Source: Patescibacteria group bacterium
GTDB lineage: Bacteria; Patescibacteriota; Patescibacteriia; 2-01-FULL-39-33
DNA: 32,000 nucleotides
Assembly (NCBI GenBank): GCA_041649575.1
Contig: JBAZMW010000002.1
Location: 60,001 to 92,000 of the forward strand
Reading direction: 5' to 3'
The notes under the pieces are model-generated. The model did not search any database. It was not told the DNA's origin and saw nothing but the letters and a program-made list of their open reading frames with translations. The translations under genes were made by a program, and so were the position numbers. Shown piece by piece: positions 25,565 through 32,000 of this stretch (positions within the stretch are counted from its first letter, which is position 1; the number at the start of each line of letters is the position of its first letter).

Positions 25565-26116
25565 ATGAAAAAAATTATCACCTTATTTTCCCTAATCTTT
25601 TTTTTGCTGGTGCCATTTTTTTCTGTTTTTGCAAATCCGCTCACTCCAATTCAAACGCCACCTTACAATTATATAGCACAAGTAGTCATTTTAATTGTCT
25701 CGGTAATAATTGAGGCCGTCGTTTTATTAGTTCTGGCCAAGTGGCTGATGAGGGAAGTAGGAAAAAATAATAGTACAAGAAAAATTATTCTAACCGGTTT
25801 GATATTAAATTGTATTTCAATTCCTTTCTTTTGGTATATTTTGTTGTCGCTTTTTAACCAGATTTTGGCAAATTTTTATTTTGGTTATTCCAGATTTGTT
25901 ATTTATATTGTCTGTGAATTACTCATTCTTATATATGAGGCGATAATTTATAAAAATATTTTTAAGATTAGTTTTAGAAAAGCGTTGATTCTATCATTTT
26001 GTTGCAATCTAGCCTCACTGCTATTCAGTTTGTACGCGATAGCGCCAAATAGCGTCGTTATGAATTTTATAGGTTGGTCTATATTTACGATTCATCCTTA
26101 TCAATACCCCTTTTAA
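25565..26116 (+). CDS. Hypothetical polytopic membrane protein
   Basis: 183-aa ORF with an N-terminal signal/TM segment and about five hydrophobic helices. Very AT-rich. No family recognised. It ends 18 nt before the hydrogenase delta-subunit ATG. Confidence 0.55.
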   Translation: MKKIITLFSLIFFLLVPFFSVFANPLTPIQTPPYNYIAQVVILIVSVIIEAVVLLVLAKWLMREVGKNNSTRKIILTGLILNCISIPFFWYILLSLFNQILANFYFGYSRFVIYIVCELLILIYEAIIYKNIFKISFRKALILSFCCNLASLLFSLYAIAPNSVVMNFIGWSIFTIHPYQYPF

Positions 26117-26134
26117 TTTTTGATTACTAATTAC

Positions 26135-26950
26135 ATGGCCAAGGCAAAAAAACCACGATTAGCAATTATCGGCCTGACATCTTGTGAGGGCTGCCAGTTT
26201 TCCATGCTCGACAAAGGCCGGAGATTCTTGGGTTTAATGAAAAATTTTCAGGTAAAGGAATTTCGTCTAGTGGAGGATGAAAAAATGCTCGAAGAGAATT
26301 TTGACCTGTGTTTGGTTGAGGGCAACCCCGTCACCAAAGAAAACATTAGATTGCTCAAAGAAATGCGGCGGCGGTCGAAATTGTTAGTAGTTATTGGTAA
26401 TTGCGCGGCTTTGGGTGGTGTCTGGGAGCTCAAAAATTATCAGAATAAGAAAAAGACCATCAGGCAGGTTTATAAAAAAATAAAAGTAGCCAATCCTGAC
26501 ATTAAGGAAGTGGATAATTTTGTTAAAGTTGACTTTACCATCCCCGGTTGTCCCATAGACGGTGAGGAGTTTATGGAGCTGGCCTATCAGCTTTTAAGTG
26601 GCCGGATTCCGAAAATCCCTCAGAATCCTGTTTGCCATGAATGTCAAACAAGAGGTTATGAGTGTTTACTGCAGCAAGGAGAGATTTGTCTCGGGCCGAT
26701 TACTCTGGGTGGTTGTCGGGCAGTGTGCCTCAAAAGCCGGCAGGCCTGCTGGGGTTGCCGTGGATTGTTTGAGGGCGCGCGAGTGGAAAATTTAATGAAG
26801 GAACTGCTGTCAAAATTTCCTCGCGAACAGGTTTATCGGGTGATGGAGGTGTTTGGAGCGAGAGATAGTATTTTGAAGGAGTTGGAACAGGAAGAAAAGC
26901 CAGCTGAAATTAAAAATGTAAAACTAAAAGTTAAAAATTCTAAAAAATAA
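26135..26950 (+). CDS. [NiFe]-hydrogenase group 3b delta (small) subunit
   Basis: RLAIIGLTSCEGCQFS (proximal-cluster Cys motif of NuoB-like small subunits), GNCAALGG, IPGCP, and C-terminal Cys clusters CHECQTRGYEC...CLGPITLGGC...CWGC. ATG at 26135 is preferred to TTG 26120. Confidence 0.85.
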   Translation: MAKAKKPRLAIIGLTSCEGCQFSMLDKGRRFLGLMKNFQVKEFRLVEDEKMLEENFDLCLVEGNPVTKENIRLLKEMRRRSKLLVVIGNCAALGGVWELKNYQNKKKTIRQVYKKIKVANPDIKEVDNFVKVDFTIPGCPIDGEEFMELAYQLLSGRIPKIPQNPVCHECQTRGYECLLQQGEICLGPITLGGCRAVCLKSRQACWGCRGLFEGARVENLMKELLSKFPREQVYRVMEVFGARDSILKELEQEEKPAEIKNVKLKVKNSKK

Positions 26951-26954
26951 AGCT

Positions 26955-27275
26955 ATGGATAAACAAGAAACAAAATCAGCAAAACCAGAATTACGTGTAT
27001 CTAGGGATTGTCAAATCGCCTTGGTCACTAAAATGCAAATAGAGCTGATGAAGATGGACGGCATTGAAGATACCGACGAAGAAGCCAATCAAAAAGCGCT
27101 TGAGTGGGTTGAAAGCAATTCCCCCAAGTTCAGAGAAATTTTTGAGGAGATGTTAGCCAGAATCCAGGACGATCCTCGTTACGGAGAAATAATTATAAAG
27201 GCTGAGGCCGGGTATACTGATGATTTAGTAGAAGCGATGCTGCCGGAAATCAGAACTCGCATGATGATACTTTAG
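26955..27275 (+). CDS. Hypothetical acidic protein
   Basis: 106-aa ORF tightly packed between the delta subunit and the PLP enzyme. Predicted helical and Asp/Glu-rich. No family recognised. Confidence 0.5.
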   Translation: MDKQETKSAKPELRVSRDCQIALVTKMQIELMKMDGIEDTDEEANQKALEWVESNSPKFREIFEEMLARIQDDPRYGEIIIKAEAGYTDDLVEAMLPEIRTRMMIL

Positions 27276-27308
27276 CGGTTTAAATAAAAATATATTAATT
27301 TGAGTTTT

Positions 27309-28331
27309 ATGTCATTATCTAAAGCGGAGGCTAAAATTCTGCAGTCAATTATTGTGTCTTCAGAAAATAATCCCAGTCGACCAGAATTTCCGGCCGATGA
27401 TCCTAAATTTCCCGCCACCCCAACTTATAAAATTAAAGTGCCAGGCTTTTCTAATGTTTGGCTCAAAGATGAAAGCCATAATCCCACCGGAACCCATAAA
27501 GATCGGATGGCTTGGGAAATAATTGTTACTTATCGTGATTTTTTATTGACCCAAAAACGAGGGCAAATTAAAGGTATTCTACCGGCCGTGTCAATTATTT
27601 CCTCTGGATCGGCGGCTGTCGCCATCCAAACACAACTACGGAAATATCATTTGCCAAATCTCAAAGTTTTAGTCGACTCTTATCTTAATCAGGAAATTGT
27701 AAATTCACTCAAAAAAATTGGCTGTAGAATTTATAAAACTGATTTAAGCAAAAAACCATTTCATTGGAAGGAAATTTTAGAGTTGACTCATAATCCAAAT
27801 GGTTTTGATATTACTTCTAATGAGGCTTTAGACCCGGCTATGAGATTTTATGACTGGCTAAGTTATGAGATAATTAATAATTCACCAGACTATTGTTTTA
27901 TTCCTTTCGGTACCGGCAATCTTTATGAGAATATTTTGAATATTAATAAAAAAGAAGTTTCAACTAAAAATCATGACCCTCGATTCAAGGGTAAGGTTGA
28001 AATTCTTAGGAATTGTAATTTTTTTGGCGTGACGACAAATAATCCAAGATCCCGAGCCGAAAAACTTTATTCGCCTCACTTGCCTTTTGTCCATTACGAT
28101 GAGCAGTGGATTAGGCTGTATCGGCATGCCGGTTATTGTGGTCCAAAATCAAATGTTTATTTATTGAAGGAGCAATATCTTAATGAGGCAATGAAAATTG
28201 CCGTTGCTCAAAAGATAAATTATGAGCCTTCTGGTATCTCTGGACTGGCCTTGCTTCTACAAATAAAAAATAAACTTCCTAAAAATAAGAAGATTTTAGT
28301 TATTAATACTGGGAAAACTAAATATATTTAG
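27309..28331 (+). CDS. Fold-type II PLP-dependent enzyme (threonine synthase/cysteine synthase superfamily), specificity unknown
   Basis: WLKDESHNPTGTHKDRMAWE (PLP-lysine motif, cf. NPTGSFKDR), ISSGSAAVAIQ (cf. SSGNxG) and PFGTGNL (phosphate-binding loop, cf. GTGGT). ATG at 27309 is preferred to TTG 27300. Confidence 0.7.
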   Translation: MSLSKAEAKILQSIIVSSENNPSRPEFPADDPKFPATPTYKIKVPGFSNVWLKDESHNPTGTHKDRMAWEIIVTYRDFLLTQKRGQIKGILPAVSIISSGSAAVAIQTQLRKYHLPNLKVLVDSYLNQEIVNSLKKIGCRIYKTDLSKKPFHWKEILELTHNPNGFDITSNEALDPAMRFYDWLSYEIINNSPDYCFIPFGTGNLYENILNINKKEVSTKNHDPRFKGKVEILRNCNFFGVTTNNPRSRAEKLYSPHLPFVHYDEQWIRLYRHAGYCGPKSNVYLLKEQYLNEAMKIAVAQKINYEPSGISGLALLLQIKNKLPKNKKILVINTGKTKYI

Positions 28332-28379
28332 ACATAGGCGGTGTTTTGATATAAAATAATTTAAAAATATTAATTTATC

Positions 28380-29678
28380 ATGCGTATCCAAATAAATCAC
28401 ATTGGTAAAATGGAAGGCCACACGGACTTCGTGGCCGAGATTTTGAAAGGTGATGTCAAATCAGCCAAACTGATGACCACCGAAGGTGCTCGTCTGATAG
28501 AGGGCATTTTGGTCGGCCGTAATTTTTACGAGGCGCCGATTATCACTTCTCGCATCTGTGGTATCTGCCCGGTGGTTCATAAAATTTCCTCCATTAGGGC
28601 GCTGGAGAACGCTTTAGCTATTAAGCCCAGTGAACAGACAATTAAATTAAGAAAACTAATGCTGATGGCGCAAACCATTCATAGCCACGCCTTACATTTG
28701 TTTTTTTTGTCTTTGCCGGATTTTTTCAACCTATTGGACGACTTTAAATTTATTGCCAACCATAAAAAAGAAACTGATTGCGCTATTAAGGTGCGTGAGT
28801 GGGCTTTGAAAGTTATTGAAACTGTTGGCGGACGGGCGGTACATCCGATTGCTTGTGAAGTTGGTGGCTTTAAGGTTTTGCCCGACAAAAAAGAATTGAA
28901 AGATTTGGCTGATCAATACGAAAACATTCTAAAACAGGCACTGTGTCTGGTGAATCTGACTATCAAAATAAAATTTCCCAAATTTAGCCGGCCCACGACC
29001 TTCATTTCTTTGACCAATGAAAAAGAATACGCCTTTTATGATGGCGATATTAAAATTTTAAATAAAAATGGCCAGACAAGGATTATTAAGGCCAAAGATT
29101 TTACCAAGAATATTAAGGAGATCGAAGAGCCCTATCGCGCCGCCAAATCGGCTGAGTTAAAGGGTGAGCCGTTTATGGTCGGCGCTTTGGCGCGACTAAA
29201 TAACAATCATAGCCAATTGAATCACTTGGCCAAGGGAATTCAAAAAGGTTTAAAATGGAAGTTCCCGCAGTATAATTCTTTTGAAAATATTACCGCCCAG
29301 GCTATTGAAATCGTCCATTGTCTAGAGGAAGCCAAAAAATTACTTGACGATTTAGTTAAAAATTTGAAAAATGAGACCAGTCAGGCCGAGAAGCTCGGCT
29401 TAATTGGTCAGGCCAATCCCTTGGGACGTGAGACAAGTGGCTGTGACGCCAGCGAGGCGCCGCGTGGCACCTTGTATCATTATTACGCCATTGATAAAGA
29501 CGGCTATATCAAGGATTGTCAGATTATCACGCCGACGGTGTCTTTTTTAAAAAATTTGGAAGCAGATATTATTGCCTATATCCCGGATTTGAAAAAAATG
29601 TCGCCCGAAAAATGTTCACGCAAAATCCGCGCCCTTATTCGCGCCTATGATCCTTGTATTAGTTGCGCCACACATTAA
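28380..29678 (+). CDS. [NiFe]-hydrogenase group 3b alpha (large, catalytic) subunit
   Basis: N-terminal Ni-Fe ligand motif RICGICPVVH. The C-terminal ligand motif DPCISCATH is immediately followed by the stop codon. Confidence 0.92.
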   Translation: MRIQINHIGKMEGHTDFVAEILKGDVKSAKLMTTEGARLIEGILVGRNFYEAPIITSRICGICPVVHKISSIRALENALAIKPSEQTIKLRKLMLMAQTIHSHALHLFFLSLPDFFNLLDDFKFIANHKKETDCAIKVREWALKVIETVGGRAVHPIACEVGGFKVLPDKKELKDLADQYENILKQALCLVNLTIKIKFPKFSRPTTFISLTNEKEYAFYDGDIKILNKNGQTRIIKAKDFTKNIKEIEEPYRAAKSAELKGEPFMVGALARLNNNHSQLNHLAKGIQKGLKWKFPQYNSFENITAQAIEIVHCLEEAKKLLDDLVKNLKNETSQAEKLGLIGQANPLGRETSGCDASEAPRGTLYHYYAIDKDGYIKDCQIITPTVSFLKNLEADIIAYIPDLKKMSPEKCSRKIRALIRAYDPCISCATH

Positions 29679-29684
29679 ATAGCA

Positions 29685-29696
29685 TATAGCTTATGG
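29685..29696. repeat. Left arm of the inverted repeat flanking the four-helix-bundle gene
   Basis: tatagcttatgg is the exact reverse complement of 30075-30086. It lies in atagc/ataagc-rich flanks. Confidence 0.7.
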
Positions 29697-29716
29697 CGTA
29701 TAGCAAATAGTTTTTT

Positions 29717-30073
29717 ATGGCATTTAGATTCGAAAGTTTGGAGATTTGGAAAGAGGCGATTAATTTTTCTAGTTCTACTTATAAAATTACTCGTCAGTTT
29801 CCCAAAGAAGAACTGTTTAGTTTATCTAGTCAGTTAAATCGGGCTGCGATTTCTATTTCGGCTAATATAGCCGAGGGCTCGGCAAGTGATAGTGTAAAAG
29901 AGTTTAGAATGTTTCTGAATATTTCCATTAGATCTGGCGTCGAAGTAATATCTGAATTATTTATAGCTAAAGAAAGAAGCTATTTATCAGACGAAGAATT
30001 CGGCGAGTTATACAATACTGGAGAATTATTAATAAGAAGAATTTCCTCATTTCGCAATCAATTAAAATTATAA
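29717..30073 (+). CDS. Four-helix-bundle protein (23S rRNA intervening-sequence protein family)
   Basis: FESLEIWKEAINFSSSTYKITRQFPKEELFSLSSQLNRAAISISANIAEGSA matches the conserved core of this family. Confidence 0.85.
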   Translation: MAFRFESLEIWKEAINFSSSTYKITRQFPKEELFSLSSQLNRAAISISANIAEGSASDSVKEFRMFLNISIRSGVEVISELFIAKERSYLSDEEFGELYNTGELLIRRISSFRNQLKL

Positions 30074-30074
30074 A

Positions 30075-30086
30075 CCATAAGCTATA
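30075..30086. repeat. Right arm of the inverted repeat flanking the four-helix-bundle gene
   Basis: ccataagctata is the reverse complement of 29685-29696. Confidence 0.7.
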
Positions 30087-30096
30087 AGCCATCCTT

Positions 30097-30351
30097 ATGC
30101 ACGATTTCCACTTAGCCGACATAATCTATAAAACAATTTTAGATTACGCCCAAAAAAATAATTTGAAAAAAATCACCAAAGCGGTGATTGATTTGGGACA
30201 GATTATTGAGCATGGTGAGGAGGTGTTGGCGGAAAATTTGGATTTTAATATCAAAATGTTGGCCCAAGGTGGCCTGGCCGAAGGCTTAGAGCTGGTTATT
30301 AACAAAACAGCCGGTGATAGCTGGGTGCTAAAGGAAATAGAAGGAGTATAA
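30097..30351 (+). CDS. HypA-like nickel metallochaperone lacking the zinc-finger domain ('mini-HypA')
   Basis: MHDFHLADIIYKTILDYAQKNNLKKITKAVIDLGQI...LAEGLELVI aligns by eye with HypA (MHE..L......v...a...g..kV..v.l.iG......e.L.F.f......t.aEga.L.i). The 84-aa protein has no cysteine, so the CxxC...CxxC Zn site is absent. Confidence 0.65.
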   Translation: MHDFHLADIIYKTILDYAQKNNLKKITKAVIDLGQIIEHGEEVLAENLDFNIKMLAQGGLAEGLELVINKTAGDSWVLKEIEGV

Positions 30352-30360
30352 TTTATTTTT

Positions 30361-31542
30361 ATGAAAGTAAAATCAATCAGGCAATTAAAAAAATTTCAGG
30401 GCAAAAAAGTTTTGCTAAGAGTTGATTTTAATGTTTCCTTGGGAGCCAATCATAGGGTTGATAAAGCGGAAGATTACCGGATTGTCAAAACCTTGCCGAC
30501 CATAAAATTTTTGACCAGTCGCGGTGCCAGAGTGATCATTATGGCCCATTTGGGCCGACCACATGGCAAAATAGTGGAAAACTTGCGTTTAAAACCGGTA
30601 GCCGAAAAATTGTCAGAACTATTGAAGAAAAAAGTTTTGTATAGCAAAACCGTTTTAGGCGCCGAAACCAAACAATTAATCAAACAGATGAAGGCTGGCG
30701 ATGTTTTAATGCTGGAAAATTTGCGTTTTGACATTCGGGAAGAGCGGGGAGACAAAAATTTTGCTCGGCAGCTGGCGGAATTAGGCGATATCTACATCAA
30801 TGAAGCTTTTGCCGACAATCACCGCCATCACGCTTCGACCGCCATCATTCAAGATTATTTGCCGGCTTACGCTGGCCTGCTGCTGGAGCAAGAAATTCTG
30901 AATTTGACCAAAGTTCTAAAAAAACCCAAACAACCGCTGGTGGTGATAATCGGCGGTACCAAGATGGAAACAAAAATAAGAGTTATTAAAAATTTTTCTA
31001 AAGTTGCCAAGAAAATTCTTTTGGGCGGCGCTTTGGCCAATACGGTTTTGCACGTGATGGGCGTTAGCGTCGGCAGATCACCGGTGGAAAAATCAATGTT
31101 TTCCGAAGTCAAAAAATTTAAATTGACGGCCAATCAGATCGTGGTGCCTCTCGACGGCGTCATGGCCGCCAAAATCGACAGCCAAAAGGGCCGGATGGAC
31201 GCTTTGGCAGACGTCAGAGATAATGAATTGATTTTGGATGTCGGTCCTGATACCATAAAACTCTATGAAAAAATCATCAAATCCGCTAAAATGGTAATGT
31301 GGAACGGGCCAATGGGGCTGATAGAAAATCCGGTTTTTGCCAAAGGCACCCAGGCGCTGATAAAAATTTTGGCCAATTCTTGCGCCGAAACCATCGTCGG
31401 TGGCGGCGAGACCGTGCAAATGATTCGGCAAATGAAATTAGAAAACAAATTTAATTTTGTTTCTACCGGCGGGGGAGCGATGCTGGAGTTTTTGGAGGGA
31501 AAAAAATTACCTGGGCTAAAAAAGTTGATTAAGAATTTATAA
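30361..31542 (+). CDS. pgk: Phosphoglycerate kinase
   Basis: VLLRVDFNV, IIMAHLGRP, LENLRF, YINEAFADNHRHHAST, GGTKMETKI and STGGGAMLEFLEGKKLPG. Confidence 0.95.
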   Translation: MKVKSIRQLKKFQGKKVLLRVDFNVSLGANHRVDKAEDYRIVKTLPTIKFLTSRGARVIIMAHLGRPHGKIVENLRLKPVAEKLSELLKKKVLYSKTVLGAETKQLIKQMKAGDVLMLENLRFDIREERGDKNFARQLAELGDIYINEAFADNHRHHASTAIIQDYLPAYAGLLLEQEILNLTKVLKKPKQPLVVIIGGTKMETKIRVIKNFSKVAKKILLGGALANTVLHVMGVSVGRSPVEKSMFSEVKKFKLTANQIVVPLDGVMAAKIDSQKGRMDALADVRDNELILDVGPDTIKLYEKIIKSAKMVMWNGPMGLIENPVFAKGTQALIKILANSCAETIVGGGETVQMIRQMKLENKFNFVSTGGGAMLEFLEGKKLPGLKKLIKNL

Positions 31543-31545
31543 CTT

Positions 31546-31930
31546 TTTTGTCATTGCGAGCGGAGTGAAACGCAGCGAAGCAATCTTTTAGATAAGACAG
31601 ATATGGCCAAATATTATTACGTTTATGTTTTGACTAATGCCAACAATTATGTTTTATACACAGGAGTCACAAATAATTTGCAGAGAAGGTTATGGGAACA
31701 CAAAAGCGGTAAGGCGGACGGTTTTACTAAAAAATATAAGTGTAAAAAATTGGTTTATTATGAATATTCGGAGTCAATAGGCGCAGCCATAAATAGAGAA
31801 AAACAAATTAAGGCCGGCTCAAGAAAAAAGAAATTGGAATTGATAAACAATTTTAATCCGCAGTGGTTGGATTTGGGGCTGGAGATGTTTTAAGAGATTG
31901 CTTCGCTTTGCTCGCAATGACAAAATAAAA
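31546..31930 (+). mobile_element. GIY-YIG gene cassette bounded by ~30-nt imperfect inverted repeats
   Basis: The left end is ttttgtcattgcgagc[ggagtgaaacgc]agcgaagcaatct (31546-31586). The reverse complement of the right end (31893-31925) is ttttgtcattgcgagc[a]aagcgaagcaatct. The ORF fills the space between them. Confidence 0.6.
31603..31893 (+). CDS. GIY-YIG nuclease family protein (UPF0213-like)
   Basis: YYVYVLTNANNYVLYTGVTNNLQRRLWEHK (GIY...YIG...R..EH core) and REKQIK further downstream. Confidence 0.85.
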   Translation: MAKYYYVYVLTNANNYVLYTGVTNNLQRRLWEHKSGKADGFTKKYKCKKLVYYEYSESIGAAINREKQIKAGSRKKKLELINNFNPQWLDLGLEMF

Positions 31931-32000
31931 CAGCCTACAATCAATGAATTAACTAAGAAAAATTAATAAATAACCAGAAATTTTTATGGACGAACAAAAA

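Noticed and set aside
21045-29678. Possibility that the HydE-like gene serves a neighbouring [FeFe] hydrogenase
   Set aside because: No ORF in the window has H-cluster motifs (e.g. TSCCP / MPCxxK-type signatures). The only hydrogenase catalytic subunit present has [NiFe] ligand motifs (RICGICPVVH ... DPCISCATH). A distant [FeFe] gene elsewhere in the genome cannot be excluded from this window.
1-32000. CRISPR arrays, rRNA genes, tRNA genes, integrase/transposase genes
   Set aside because: I scanned all intergenic regions longer than 40 nt. There are no regularly spaced direct repeats, no rRNA-like conserved blocks, no cloverleaf candidates, and no ORF with recombinase or transposase motifs. 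The only mobile-looking items are the small cassettes bounded by inverted repeats, reported above.

Overview
Gene-dense, low-GC sequence whose genes mostly lack Shine-Dalgarno (SD) sites. The gene content looks like a Candidate Phyla Radiation (Patescibacteria)-type bacterium; this is inferred from content and style, not from a search. There are three blocks. (1) 1-12.9 kb is a cell-envelope glycan locus: a priming sugar transferase (missing from the ORF track, runs off the left edge), a secreted S8 protease, GtrA, a UXS-like SDR, GT2/GT8/GT4 glycosyltransferases, DUF2304, VanZ and a Wzx-like flippase. (2) 13-21 kb is mixed: a zinc-ribbon/DUF4145 protein next to RmuC, an MTAP-nucleotidyltransferase-Apt adenine-salvage module, a GT-C-like membrane protein, an AlkD-like repair protein and GalU. 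Two visibly GC-richer islets with SD-led small genes flank the salvage module, and one carries a truncated Nudix remnant. (3) 21-30.4 kb is a dispersed four-subunit (beta, gamma, delta, alpha) sulfhydrogenase-type group 3b [NiFe]-hydrogenase locus. Its structural genes are interleaved with unusual genes. The main lead is a single ORF fusing an N-terminal HypC/HupF chaperone domain to a full-length HydE-like radical-SAM enzyme of the [FeFe]-maturase type. Other lodgers are a membrane-anchored SAM methyltransferase, a fold-type-II PLP enzyme between the small- and large-subunit genes, a cysteine-free 'mini-HypA' without the zinc-finger domain, and a GC-rich inverted CDP-alcohol phosphatidyltransferase. 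The large subunit ends exactly at the His of DPCxxCxxH. No HypB/D/E/F, HydG/HydF maturase or [FeFe]-hydrogenase gene lies in the window. Small selfish-looking cassettes bounded by inverted repeats are also present: a four-helix-bundle/IVS-type gene and a GIY-YIG gene. A ~100-nt miniature relative of the GIY-YIG element's ends is translated in frame inside a GT4 gene. No rRNA, tRNA or CRISPR array was recognised.
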